Assembly: GCA_964390325.1 (NCBI GenBank)
Contig: CAYMHX010000001.1
Coordinates: forward strand, 1 to 45,562
DNA length: 45,562 nucleotides
Origin: an uncultured Roseburia sp.
GTDB lineage: Bacteria > Bacillota > Clostridia > Lachnospirales > Lachnospiraceae
Direction of reading: 5' to 3'
The position numbers and the translations under genes are program-made. Shown here piece after piece: positions 1 to 9,575 of the stretch. Numbering within the stretch: position 1 is the first letter of the stretch; every line of letters starts with the position of its first letter. The notes under the pieces were generated by a model. It was not told where the DNA came from. It saw only the letters and a program-made list of their open reading frames with translations, and did not search any database.

Positions 1-2
1 AT

Positions 3-359
3 ACAGATGATTTGTCTTTAGAAGAAAAGATTGAAAAAGTAGCAAAAGAAATCTATGGTGCAGATGGTGTCACTTATGCTCCTGCTGCAAAGAAGGAATT
101 AAAACGTATTGCAGACCTTGGAATGAGCCACTTCCCTGTCTGTATGGCAAAAACACAGTATTCTTTATCAGACGACCAGTCCAAACTTGGAAGACCAAGT
201 GGATTTACTGTAAATGTGCGTGAAGTATATGTGTCAGCGGGTGCAGAGTTTGTCGTAGCATTGACAGGAAGCATTATGACACTTCCGGGACTTGGAAAAA
301 CTCCTGCTGCATATGGTATTGATGTAGATGATGATGGAGTTATCACAGGATTATTCTAA
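3..359 (+). CDS. fhs: Formate-tetrahydrofolate ligase, C-terminal part (5' truncated by window)
   Basis: [22 protein letters not shown] and IMTLPGL...GLF C-terminal motifs; frame open to window start; upstream of folD. Confidence 0.95.
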   Translation, partial: TDDLSLEEKIEKVAKEIYGADGVTYAPAAKKELKRIADLGMSHFPVCMAKTQYSLSDDQSKLGRPSGFTVNVREVYVSAGAEFVVALTGSIMTLPGLGKTPAAYGIDVDDDGVITGLF

Positions 360-378
360 AAAAGGTTAAGAGGAAAAA

Positions 379-1215
379 ATGGCATATATCATTGATGGAA
401 AAAGAATTTCAAAAGAATTAAAAGATGAATTAAAAGAAAAAGTAGAGCATTTAAAAGCAGAAGGAAAAAAAGCTGCTTTAGCAGTCATTCAGGTGGGAAA
501 TGACCCTGCATCTTCTGTTTATGTAAATAATAAGAAGAAGGCGTGTGCTTATATCGGAATTGAATCGCTTTCTTATGAATTACCGGAAGAAACCACAGAA
601 GAAGAATTATTAGCATTAGTGGAACGTTTAAATGAAGATGAGAACGTACATGGTATTTTAGTACAGCTTCCACTTCCAAAGCAGATTGATGAAGATAAAA
701 TTATTCAGGCAATTTCTCCGAAAAAAGACGTAGACGGTTTTCATCCTGAAAATGTCGGAAATCTTGTAATCGGACAAAAGGGTTTTGTATCTTGTACTCC
801 GGCAGGAATTATTCAGTTATTAAAGCGCAGCAATATCGAAATTACCGGTAAAAATTGTGTGGTAATTGGAAGAAGCAACATTGTTGGAAAACCAATGGCA
901 CTTTTAATGCTTCGTGAAAATGCAACAGTTACGGTTGCACATTCAAAAACACAGAATTTAAAAGAGATTTGTAAGAGAGCGGATATTTTAATTGTAGCAA
1001 TCGGAAAACCACAGTTTATTACAGCAGAATATGTAAAAGAAGGAGCTGTTGTTATTGATGTTGGCATTCATCGTGACGAACAGAACAAACTCTGTGGAGA
1101 TGTAAAATTTGATGAAGTAGAGAAGATTGCATCTGCAATCACGCCTGTACCGGGAGGCGTAGGTCCTATGACAATTGCAATGCTGATGAATAATTGTGTA
1201 GAAGCTATGGAATGA
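379..1215 (+). CDS. folD: Bifunctional methylenetetrahydrofolate dehydrogenase/cyclohydrolase
   Basis: YVNNK, KDVDGFHP, GRSNIVGKP and TPVPGGVGPMT motifs; AGGA RBS. Confidence 0.97.
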   Translation: MAYIIDGKRISKELKDELKEKVEHLKAEGKKAALAVIQVGNDPASSVYVNNKKKACAYIGIESLSYELPEETTEEELLALVERLNEDENVHGILVQLPLPKQIDEDKIIQAISPKKDVDGFHPENVGNLVIGQKGFVSCTPAGIIQLLKRSNIEITGKNCVVIGRSNIVGKPMALLMLRENATVTVAHSKTQNLKEICKRADILIVAIGKPQFITAEYVKEGAVVIDVGIHRDEQNKLCGDVKFDEVEKIASAITPVPGGVGPMTIAMLMNNCVEAME

Positions 1216-1311
1216 ATGCAAACTTGGAACACAATGTATTTTTGAGCTTGGTTTTAGAAGACTATAAACGTAGTAATGAATAGGTAGGAAAGGAAGAATG
1301 ACTGAAAACCT

Positions 1312-2256
1312 ATGAAATGTGCAAATTGTACTGCTGAAATTAAGGATGGCAGTGTATATTGTTCGGTATGCGGAAAAGAAGCACAAATGATAGATGGTTA
1401 TCTTTCGCTTGAGGAGGATTTTTTATATTCCCTTTTACAGGAAGGAATAGAGCCATTTTTTATAAAATCGGAAAAAAGATTGTCTGTGGAAGCACAAAAG
1501 AAGTTGAAAAAACGCAGACAGAAAATGGTTTTCATAATTATCTGTCTTCTTGTGGTCGTTGTATTTGTCATTGGAGTAAATGTAAAGTTAGTTATTGATT
1601 ATAAAAATGATAATTCTTATGAATATCAATGGCAGAAAGCAGAACAAGAGTTTTATAAACAGGATTATGAGAATGCTCTTTTGCATTATGCGAGAGCATT
1701 GGCAATTGCACCAAATGACATTGAAAGCAGATTAAAAATGGCTGAAATTTATCAGCAGAAAAAAGATTATCCTTCGGCTGTTGTTTTATTAACGGAAGTG
1801 ATACGGATTGATAAAAATTTAACAGAAGCATACTTGGATTTAATTGACATCTATAAAGAAAGAGGACAGTATACAGAAATACAAAAGCTTATCAAATATA
1901 CGCAGGATAATAAGATTTCTGAGCAGTTTGCAGAATATCAGGTACAGGCTCCTGTTATTTATCCGGATGAAGATATTTTTTATAATGAGTTAGATATTAC
2001 AATTATTTCGGTAGAAAAAAGTGATATTTATTATACCATAGATGGTTCTGACCCTATTACAAATGGAGTTCTTTATCAAGAGGGAAGTGATATTTTTTTT
2101 ACATCTTCAGGACTCTATATGGTTCGTGCAGTTTGTAAAAGTGAAATGGATGTATTTAGTGAAGTAATAGAAAAAGAGTATCAGGTTGTATTAGTACCAA
2201 AAGAAGAAACGGAAAACTTAGAAACAGAAATGCCGATAGAGGAAATGATACAGTGA
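1312..2256 (+). CDS. Membrane-anchored protein: N-terminal zinc ribbon, one TM helix, TPR region, C-terminal chitobiase/Fn3-associated-like domain
   Basis: CANC-x10-CSVC; hydrophobic MVFIIICLLVVVVFVIGV after a basic run; TPR-like helices; IYYTIDGSDP motif. Confidence 0.7.
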   Translation: MKCANCTAEIKDGSVYCSVCGKEAQMIDGYLSLEEDFLYSLLQEGIEPFFIKSEKRLSVEAQKKLKKRRQKMVFIIICLLVVVVFVIGVNVKLVIDYKNDNSYEYQWQKAEQEFYKQDYENALLHYARALAIAPNDIESRLKMAEIYQQKKDYPSAVVLLTEVIRIDKNLTEAYLDLIDIYKERGQYTEIQKLIKYTQDNKISEQFAEYQVQAPVIYPDEDIFYNELDITIISVEKSDIYYTIDGSDPITNGVLYQEGSDIFFTSSGLYMVRAVCKSEMDVFSEVIEKEYQVVLVPKEETENLETEMPIEEMIQ

Positions 2257-2732
2257 AAGTTACGATTTTATGCGTAGGAAAAATCAAAGAGAAATTTTAT
2301 AGAGATGCTATTGCGGAGTATGAAAAACGTTTAAGTCGTTATTGTAAATTAGAAATCATAGAGGTAGCAGATGAAAAAACACCTGACAATGCAAGTGAAA
2401 CTGTAGAACGTCAGATTAAAGAAAAAGAGGCAGAACGCATAGAAAAGCACTTAAAAGAGGGAGCTTTTGTTTTTGCACTTGCTATTGACGGAAAACAGTT
2501 TGATTCCGTAGAATTTTCTGAAGAAATAGAGCGGCTTGGAACAGGTGGTATCAGTCATATTGTATTTTTAATCGGAGGTTCGCTTGGAATGTCGGATACA
2601 CTTTTAAAACGTGCAGATAGAAAGCTGTCTTTTTCTAAAATGACATTTCCACATCAGTTAATGCGGGTGGTTCTTTTAGAGCAAATCTATAGAGCTTATC
2701 GGATTATCAATCATGAACCTTATCATAAGTAG
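2253..2732 (+). CDS. rlmH: 23S rRNA pseudouridine-1915 N3-methyltransferase
   Basis: ILCVGKIKE, FLIGGSLG, MTFPHQLMRVVLLEQIYRA, PYHK. Confidence 0.97.
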   Translation: MKVTILCVGKIKEKFYRDAIAEYEKRLSRYCKLEIIEVADEKTPDNASETVERQIKEKEAERIEKHLKEGAFVFALAIDGKQFDSVEFSEEIERLGTGGISHIVFLIGGSLGMSDTLLKRADRKLSFSKMTFPHQLMRVVLLEQIYRAYRIINHEPYHK

Positions 2733-2755
2733 GGGGAAAGGAACTGAACAGTTAC
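2729..2755. repeat. Decayed 27-bp mini-element copy
   Basis: gtagggggaaaggaactgaacagttac aligns ungapped to 28869-28895; the right end CTGAACAGTTAC is intact. Confidence 0.55.
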
Positions 2756-2784
2756 GAATATTTTTAGGGAAAACTTCATATATT
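2756..2784 (+). promoter_or_regulatory. Putative sigma-E (mother cell) promoter of yqfC-yqfD
   Basis: gaATA-16 nt-CATATATT; yqfCD is SigE-controlled in B. subtilis. Confidence 0.6.
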
Positions 2785-2789
2785 GAATT

Positions 2790-3068
2790 ATGAGTAAACG
2801 AAATCCCTTTAAAATTCATGAACAGGTAATTGAACAGTTAGAGCTTCCCAAGGATTTTTTGCTGGGAGAGGCGATTGTAAATATCACAGGAAGAAAAGAA
2901 TTATTGATAGAGAATTATAAAGGAATCCTTATATACGAGGATTCCTTTATCAAAATTCAGGCAAAAAACTGTCGAATTCTTGTGACTGGCAGAAATTTGT
3001 CTATTCAATACTACACCAACGAGGAAATGAAAATAACAGGTTTTTTTGAACAAATTCAGTACGAATAA
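2790..3068 (+). CDS. yqfC: YabP/YqfC family sporulation protein
   Basis: LELPKD...GRKELLIENYKGIL pattern; directly upstream of yqfD. Confidence 0.88.
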   Translation: MSKRNPFKIHEQVIEQLELPKDFLLGEAIVNITGRKELLIENYKGILIYEDSFIKIQAKNCRILVTGRNLSIQYYTNEEMKITGFFEQIQYE

Positions 3069-3070
3069 GT

Positions 3071-4285
3071 ATGTTTTTGCTTTCTGTTTTAAAATATATA
3101 CGAGGATATTTACTTGTTCATTTAACCGGCTATGCACCCGAACGCTTTTTGAATATGTGTGGAAAGCGGAATATTTTAATATGGAATTTGGAAAAAACAA
3201 AAGATGGATATCGTTTTTTTATTAGTGTGGATGGATATAAATCCTTACGTCCTCTTTTAAAAAAGACTAGGACAAAGGCGAGAATTTTAGAAAAAAGAGG
3301 GCTTCCATTTTTTTTATTTCGTTATCGTAGAAGAAAAATGTTTGCTATAGGAGTTTTTGTTTTTTGTGCATTATTATTTTATACATCCAAATTTATATGG
3401 AATATTGATGTAAATGGAAATTCCTATTTATCAGAAGAAACTATTCTTGCATTTTTGGAAGAAGAAAATGCAGATTTTGGTACAAAAATTTCAGAAATAG
3501 ATTGTGCAAAATTAGAAGAACGGTTGCGAAGCAGATATTCAGAAGTGATTTGGACTTCGATTAAAGTTTATGGCACAAAATTGACGGTAGATATTCAAGA
3601 AAGTCTGCTTTCAGAGCAATTTTATCAAAATACAGATGAAGAAATCTGTGATATTGTGGCAGCAAAGGACGGAGTGATTACTTATTTGATTACCAGAAAG
3701 GGGACACCGTCTGTAAAAATTGGGGAAGAAGTGAAAGCAGGCGATTGTTTGGTTTCTGGTGAAATTGTGATTTATAATGATTTTGGAGAGGTGGCAGGCT
3801 ATTTGTATGAAAGGGCAGATGCAGATATTTTGGCAAGGGTGGATTACTATTATGAAGAAGTAATTGGGGCAAATTATAAAGAAAAAGTATATTCTGAAGA
3901 AATCAGTAAAAATTATGCTTTACAAATTGGTGATTTTGTGATACAAAATCCATTTGGAAAGTATCCCCAAGGGTTATATGAGGAAACGATAGAAAATATC
4001 CAGCTTTGTTTAGGTGAAAATTTTTATTTGCCACTCTTTTTTAAAAAAATTTCATATCGTTTTTATGAATTAGTAGAGAAAAAATATACAAAAGAAGACG
4101 TAAAAGCACTTGCTGAGGAGCATTTTTTATTGTATTTGCAGAATTTGGAAGAAAAAGGTATTCACATTATAGAAAAAAATGTTATGATAGAAAGCGTGAA
4201 TCAAAATTATTTGGTAAGCGGTATGGTAAAAGCAGAAGAATCTATTGTGAAATACCAGCCGACAGAGATTCAAAGTGTGGAGTAA
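3071..4285 (+). CDS. yqfD: Sporulation protein YqfD
   Basis: ERFLNMC, GLPF, one TM helix, DIVAAKDGVI...GDCLVSG; yqfC-yqfD-phoH synteny. Confidence 0.9.
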   Translation: MFLLSVLKYIRGYLLVHLTGYAPERFLNMCGKRNILIWNLEKTKDGYRFFISVDGYKSLRPLLKKTRTKARILEKRGLPFFLFRYRRRKMFAIGVFVFCALLFYTSKFIWNIDVNGNSYLSEETILAFLEEENADFGTKISEIDCAKLEERLRSRYSEVIWTSIKVYGTKLTVDIQESLLSEQFYQNTDEEICDIVAAKDGVITYLITRKGTPSVKIGEEVKAGDCLVSGEIVIYNDFGEVAGYLYERADADILARVDYYYEEVIGANYKEKVYSEEISKNYALQIGDFVIQNPFGKYPQGLYEETIENIQLCLGENFYLPLFFKKISYRFYELVEKKYTKEDVKALAEEHFLLYLQNLEEKGIHIIEKNVMIESVNQNYLVSGMVKAEESIVKYQPTEIQSVE

Positions 4286-4286
4286 C

Positions 4287-4313
4287 ATAGCTATAAGGGT
4301 ACTAAATAGTTAC
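4287..4313. mobile_element. 27-bp mini-element with 8-bp flanking direct repeat
   Basis: atagctataagggtactaaatagttac flanked by ggagtaac / ggagtaat (7/8 match). Confidence 0.65.
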
Positions 4314-4347
4314 GGAGTAATTATAATTGTGAAAGGGTAGATAGAGG

Positions 4348-5367
4348 ATGAGTTTGACGGAAGTATCTTTAAATTTTCCAATGGAGCATATTGTAAATGT
4401 GTTTGGACAATTTGATTCTCATATAAAGAAAATAGAACGTACCTTACATGTGACAGCCATTGTTCGAGAGAATTCGATGAAGCTGGTAGGAAATGAGGTA
4501 CAGATTCAAAGAGCGGCAAAGGTGTTTTCACAGCTTTTGGAGTTATCAAAAAGGGGAAATGTGATTACAGAGCAGAATGTAAATTATGCACTTTCTCTTG
4601 TAATGGAAAATAAAGAAGCTGCTATTGTAGAAATTGATAAAGATTGTATTTGTCATACAATAAATGGGAAGCCTGTAAAACCCAAGACACTTGGACAAAA
4701 GACTTATGTGGATGCAATTCGCAATAAAATGATTACGTTTGGCATTGGACCTGCGGGAACAGGAAAAACTTATCTTGCAATGGCAATGGCAATTACAGCT
4801 TTTAAAAATGAAGAAGTAGGCAGAATTATTTTAACCAGACCTGCGATTGAAGCAGGAGAAAAATTAGGATTTTTGCCAGGGGATTTACAGAGTAAGGTAG
4901 ACCCGTATTTACGTCCATTATATGATGCACTTTATCAGATTATGGGTGCAGAAAGCTTTCAGAAAAATATGGAAAAAGGGTTAATCGAAGTAGCTCCATT
5001 GGCTTATATGCGAGGACGTACCTTAGACAATGCCTTTATTATCTTGGATGAGGCACAAAATACCACGCCTGCACAGATGAAAATGTTCTTAACCAGAATT
5101 GGTTTTGGTTCAAAAGCTGTTATTACCGGTGATGCAACGCAAAAGGATTTAGCACCTGATGTAGTGTCTGGCTTGGATACAGCTTTAAAAGTATTGAAAA
5201 ATGTAGAGGAAATCGCTCTTTGCGAGTTGACAAGCGTAGATGTTGTCAGACATCCTGTGGTACAAAAAATTGTTAAGGCTTACGAAGATTATGAAGCAAG
5301 AAATAAACATTCTCACTATAATAATATTCGTAATACAGGAAATAAGAATAAGAAAAAATCGGAGTAA
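4348..5367 (+). CDS. phoH: PhoH-family ATPase
   Basis: GPAGTGKT, LTRPAIEAGEKLGFLPGD, YMRGRT, DEAQN. Confidence 0.96.
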   Translation: MSLTEVSLNFPMEHIVNVFGQFDSHIKKIERTLHVTAIVRENSMKLVGNEVQIQRAAKVFSQLLELSKRGNVITEQNVNYALSLVMENKEAAIVEIDKDCICHTINGKPVKPKTLGQKTYVDAIRNKMITFGIGPAGTGKTYLAMAMAITAFKNEEVGRIILTRPAIEAGEKLGFLPGDLQSKVDPYLRPLYDALYQIMGAESFQKNMEKGLIEVAPLAYMRGRTLDNAFIILDEAQNTTPAQMKMFLTRIGFGSKAVITGDATQKDLAPDVVSGLDTALKVLKNVEEIALCELTSVDVVRHPVVQKIVKAYEDYEARNKHSHYNNIRNTGNKNKKKSE

Positions 5368-5409
5368 TGAAAAACGCAATGAGCAAATAATAGGGAGGAA
5401 ATTTCTGTT

Positions 5410-5904
5410 ATGAGTCTATTGATAGAAGCAGAAGTAGAAGTGAAATTTGATTTTGATTATGAATCTTTGGCAAACCGTGTGGTAGAGGCCGCCTTAGATT
5501 ATGAAGCATTTCCTTATGAATGTGAAGTGAATTTAACCTTGACAGATAACGAGGGAATTTGGGAAATTAATCGGGAGTATCGAAAGATTGATAATCCCAC
5601 AGATGTCTTGTCTTTTCCAATGTTATCTTATGAAACAGCGGGAGATTTTTCAAAATTAGAAGATGATGATACAAATTTCAATCCTGATACAGGAGAAATT
5701 ATGCTTGGGGATATTATAATTTCTATTGATAAAGTGTTTGAGCAGGCAAAGAATTATGGGCATAGTACAGAACGTGAGTTTGCTTTTTTGATTTTACATA
5801 GTATGCTGCATTTGTTTGGCTATGACCATATGACACCGGACGAGGCAGCAGTTATGGAAGAAAAGCAGAGATGTATTTTGGAAGAAATGCAAATTCTCCG
5901 TTGA
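5410..5904 (+). CDS. ybeY: rRNA maturation endoribonuclease YbeY
   Basis: PTDVLSFP, LGDI, HSMLHLFGYDH (HxxxHxxGxDH). Confidence 0.96.
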   Translation: MSLLIEAEVEVKFDFDYESLANRVVEAALDYEAFPYECEVNLTLTDNEGIWEINREYRKIDNPTDVLSFPMLSYETAGDFSKLEDDDTNFNPDTGEIMLGDIIISIDKVFEQAKNYGHSTEREFAFLILHSMLHLFGYDHMTPDEAAVMEEKQRCILEEMQILR

Positions 5905-5961
5905 GGAAAAACAAAAAATGGCTGCAAAAGAGGCTGCAATGCAGCAGAATGAGAGTTAGGG

Positions 5962-7617
5962 ATGAGTGAAAAGAAAAGTAGTACAGGGTTTTTAGTACAG
6001 GGTTCGATTTTGGCGATGGCATCGATTATCAGCCGTATTATAGGATTAATTTATCGAATCCCTTTAATTGGAATTATCGGTGACGTTGGTATGGACTATT
6101 ATGCTACGGCCTTTGAAATTTATAATAATTTGTTAATTATTTCGTCTTATAGTTTGCCATTAGCAGTTTCTAAGCTGGTATCGGCAAATCTATCAAAGGG
6201 AAAACGAAAAAATGCGTTTCGTGTATTAAAAGGAGCTGCATTGTTTGCAACGATAACCGGAGGTATAGCTGCATTGATTTTATTCTTTGGAGCAGAATTT
6301 TTTACAGAGGCGATGCAGACACCATTTAGTATTTTTGCAGTAAAAGTATTAATTCCGACCTTGGTTATTGTAGCATTGCTTGGTGTATTGCGTGGATTTT
6401 TTCAAGGATTAGGAAGTATGATGCCAAGTGCTGTATCACAGATTTTAGAACAGATTGCAAATGCAGTTGTCAGTGTATGGGCAGCGTATGTGCTTTATAA
6501 TCAGGGTATGAAGATTGGTGCGATACTTGGAAATCAGGAAAATTATGCCGCAGCTTATGGTGCAGCGGGTGGGACACTTGGTACAGGAGCAGGTGCTTTA
6601 ACGGCATTGCTTTTTTCTGTATTTGTCTTAGTAGTTTATTTATATGCATTAAATAAACGGACAAAAAGTGAAGAAAATACGAGAGTAGATTCATATCAGA
6701 AGATTTTCCATACTTTAGTGATTACCATTATTCCGGTATTGTTAAGTACAACGATTTATAATTGTAATACTTTAATTGATATGGCGATTTTTAAGAATAT
6801 TGCAAATGCACAAGGATATAGTGCATTAGAAATTAGTACATGGAATGGTGTTTATACAGGACGTTATAAGACATTAATTAATGTGCCGATTTCAATTGCT
6901 TCTGCTTTGGCTGCTTCGTCGGTGCCTGCATTAACAACAGCTTATACGAAAAAAAATGCAAAAGAGGTGCGATTTCAGATTGCGAGTGCAATTCGTTTTA
7001 TTATGTTGATTGCGATGCCATGTGCAGTGGGAATGGGAGTTTTGGCAGAACCGATTTTAAAGATGGTACACTTAAATGATGAAACAGGACTTGCTGCTGT
7101 AATGCTTCGTTATGGTGCGGTTTCTATTGTATTTTTTTCACTTTCTACTTTATCAAATGGATTATTACAGGGAATTGATAGAATGAAAGAACCTGTGAAA
7201 AATGCATTGATTGCTTTAATTCTTCATATTGGTGTATTAGTCGGGTTGATGTATGGATTTAATATGAATATTTATGCAGTGATTTTTGCAAATGCGGCAT
7301 TTGGTTTGATTATGAGTTTTTTAAATGCCCTTTCGATTAGAAGATATGCAGGATACCGTCAGGAAATTATAAAAACATTTTTAATTCCTGCACTGGCATC
7401 CGCATTGATGGGTGTTACGGTATGGGGCGTTCATTATGTATTAGAATATGTGCTTCGAGTGAATTTTATTGCCACAGTGCTTAGTATTGTTATAGGTGCA
7501 ATGGTGTATTTTGCATTGATGTTATTGTTAAAGGGAATGGGAGAGAAGGAATTACGACGACTTCCAAAAGGTTATTTATTAGTAAGGCTTGCAAAAAAGA
7601 TGCATCTTTTAAGATAA
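5962..7617 (+). CDS. Polysaccharide biosynthesis protein / MurJ-SpoVB-type MOP flippase
   Basis: About 14 hydrophobic segments; SRIIGLIYRIP, LPLAVSKLVS, RGFFQG, SQILEQ. Confidence 0.88.
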   Translation: MSEKKSSTGFLVQGSILAMASIISRIIGLIYRIPLIGIIGDVGMDYYATAFEIYNNLLIISSYSLPLAVSKLVSANLSKGKRKNAFRVLKGAALFATITGGIAALILFFGAEFFTEAMQTPFSIFAVKVLIPTLVIVALLGVLRGFFQGLGSMMPSAVSQILEQIANAVVSVWAAYVLYNQGMKIGAILGNQENYAAAYGAAGGTLGTGAGALTALLFSVFVLVVYLYALNKRTKSEENTRVDSYQKIFHTLVITIIPVLLSTTIYNCNTLIDMAIFKNIANAQGYSALEISTWNGVYTGRYKTLINVPISIASALAASSVPALTTAYTKKNAKEVRFQIASAIRFIMLIAMPCAVGMGVLAEPILKMVHLNDETGLAAVMLRYGAVSIVFFSLSTLSNGLLQGIDRMKEPVKNALIALILHIGVLVGLMYGFNMNIYAVIFANAAFGLIMSFLNALSIRRYAGYRQEIIKTFLIPALASALMGVTVWGVHYVLEYVLRVNFIATVLSIVIGAMVYFALMLLLKGMGEKELRRLPKGYLLVRLAKKMHLLR

Positions 7618-7620
7618 AAT

Positions 7621-7714
7621 GTGGCTATTTAGAGCTAAGTCAACAATGAGCATAGTTTGTTGCTAAGGAAAGCCTCAAAGAGGCGATTTTGCGAATGGTG
7701 TGCTGAATAGTTAT
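7621..7714. mobile_element. 94-bp MITE-like element with 12-bp inverted ends and 8-bp flanking direct repeat
   Basis: Ends gtggctatttag ... ctgaatagttat; flanks gataaaat / ggtaaaat (7/8 match). Confidence 0.65.
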
Positions 7715-7722
7715 GGTAAAAT

Positions 7723-7751
7723 GAATAAAAAAAGAAAATAAGTAAATACTT
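7723..7751 (+). promoter_or_regulatory. Putative forespore (sigma-F/G-type) promoter
   Basis: GAATA-14 nt-GTAAATACTT; same architecture as the promoter at 28785-28813. Confidence 0.4.
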
Positions 7752-7777
7752 ATCGTATGCAAATAGGAGGTTTTATT

Positions 7778-8164
7778 TTGAAACGAATAGGTATTTACTT
7801 TTTTTGTGTAGTTGCCATTGGATGTGTGACTAGTAGTATTTTATATCGAGAAAACGAAAAAACAAAGGAAATTCAGTTAGAAAAGCAAGAAAAACAGATA
7901 GCAGAAGTGAAACAGGAAAGAGGACAGGGAGAAAGTGAAAAATTGATAGAGGTTTCAGAAAATCATTTATCAGGAGAACGCTTTTTAGTAACAGAAGAAT
8001 ATGGATATTTGGTGATATATGACAGGCTTGCAATGAAGCAATATGATGAAACGACAATTCGATTACAGGATTTGCCAAAAGAAATGCAGGGAATGGTAAT
8101 AGATGGTTTGTATTTCTTAAATGAAGAAGAATTGTATGCGTTTCTTGAGAATTATTCTTCGTAA
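7778..8164 (+). CDS. Small membrane-anchored/secreted protein with BofC C-terminal-like domain (TTG start after AGGAGG)
   Basis: N-terminal hydrophobic helix; C-terminal GYLVIY...YDETTIRLQDLP...LENYSS resembles clostridial BofC_C proteins. Confidence 0.6.
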   Translation: MKRIGIYFFCVVAIGCVTSSILYRENEKTKEIQLEKQEKQIAEVKQERGQGESEKLIEVSENHLSGERFLVTEEYGYLVIYDRLAMKQYDETTIRLQDLPKEMQGMVIDGLYFLNEEELYAFLENYSS

Positions 8165-8226
8165 TATGGCAGTTATTTAATTTACGATGTACTAGTTATG
8201 TGCGGGTGTGAATTAAGATTGTTTTA

Positions 8227-8255
8227 TTGAATGTTTTCTCTCCTTGTGTTAAAAT
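8227..8255 (+). promoter_or_regulatory. Sigma-A promoter (flavoproteins-mutS-mutL operon)
   Basis: TTGAAT-17 nt-TAAAAT with extended TG. Confidence 0.65.
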
Positions 8256-8291
8256 AGGCAGAGTGGGTAAAAATGCGAGAGGTATACATTT

Positions 8292-9536
8292 GTGAAACAA
8301 GAACAGGAGAAACAGTTTGCTGTGGCGGTCATTGGAGGCGGTGCAGCAGGTCTTATGGCTGCGATTACAGCAGCAAGAATGGGTGTTAGTGTAGTTATTT
8401 TAGAACAGAAAGAAAAAACAGGAAAGAAAATTCTTTCTACGGGAAATGGAAAATGTAATTATACAAATGAACGGCAGGGTATTTCCTATTATAGAGGAGA
8501 GAACCCTGCATTTGTTGTGTCGGTAATGGAACAGTTTGGCTTTGCAGAAACGGTTGCTTTTTTTGAGGAAATCGGGATAACACCAAAGGTAAAAAACGGT
8601 TATTATTATCCTGCAAGTGAGCAGGCTTCGGCTGTTTTAGAAGTGCTTCATTTAGAGGCAAATTATTTACGGATAAGAGAAGTTTGTGATTGTAAAATAA
8701 AAAATATAAAACAGACTCAAAAAGGATTTTTCATAGAAACTTCGGCGGGAAATTTTACAGGAGAATGCGTGATTTTTGCGACAGGGCTTTTAGCTGCACC
8801 AAAAACAGGGAGTGACGGAAGTGCTTTTCCATTACTTGAAAAGTTTGGACATCATTTTATCGAAATTGTGCCTGCATTAGTTCCTTTATATGCAAAGCAG
8901 TCTTTTTTTAAACAGATTGCAGGAATTCGGATAGAGGGTTTGGCAAGACTTTATATCGGAAAAAAAGAAATCGCATCAGAGCGTGGAGAACTGCAATTGA
9001 CGGATTATGGTGTATCGGGAATTCCAGTTTTTCAGTTAAGTCGTTTTGCAACAAAAGCGTTAAAGCAAGGGAAAAAAGTTCATTTATTAATTGATTTTTT
9101 GCCTGATAAAACAAAAGAAGAAACCATCATTTTGTTAGAAAAGCGTTTGCATAAGATAGAACAGAAAAAAACGATGAGTGAGTGTTTGGTTGGGTTGTTT
9201 CCAAAGAAGTTAGCAGAAGTATTATTAAAAGAAGCGGGAATTTCATTAGGAGATGTCCCTAAAAAGTTAGAATATGGAAAAATAGAAGCATTGGCAGAGG
9301 TAATTAAGAGCCTTTATGTAGATATTACAGGCAGTAAATCCTTTGAACAGGCACAGGTTTGTGCAGGAGGTATTGATACAAGAGAAATCAATCCAAATAC
9401 GATGGAGTCGAAACTTATTTCGGGGCTTTATTTTGCAGGAGAATTAGTGGATATCGACGGAATGTGCGGCGGCTATAATTTACAGTGGGCATGGTCAAGT
9501 GGATATGTGGCAGGATTTCATGCAGCGGTGAAATAG
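8292..9536 (+). CDS. HI0933/BaiN-family NAD(P)/FAD-dependent oxidoreductase
   Basis: GGGAAG, GKKILSTGNGKCNYTN, GLYFAGE...GGYNLQWAWSSG. Confidence 0.92.
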   Translation: MKQEQEKQFAVAVIGGGAAGLMAAITAARMGVSVVILEQKEKTGKKILSTGNGKCNYTNERQGISYYRGENPAFVVSVMEQFGFAETVAFFEEIGITPKVKNGYYYPASEQASAVLEVLHLEANYLRIREVCDCKIKNIKQTQKGFFIETSAGNFTGECVIFATGLLAAPKTGSDGSAFPLLEKFGHHFIEIVPALVPLYAKQSFFKQIAGIRIEGLARLYIGKKEIASERGELQLTDYGVSGIPVFQLSRFATKALKQGKKVHLLIDFLPDKTKEETIILLEKRLHKIEQKKTMSECLVGLFPKKLAEVLLKEAGISLGDVPKKLEYGKIEALAEVIKSLYVDITGSKSFEQAQVCAGGIDTREINPNTMESKLISGLYFAGELVDIDGMCGGYNLQWAWSSGYVAGFHAAVK

Positions 9537-9575
9537 TTGCAAAAAAGTGTAGTGAAAAAACAGGGAGTAAAAATA

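Noticed and set aside
8161..8199. Possible further element remnants (gtaatatggcagttat; also near 1259-1277 and 32553-32562)
   Set aside because: Too degenerate to separate from AT-rich background; no flanking duplication.
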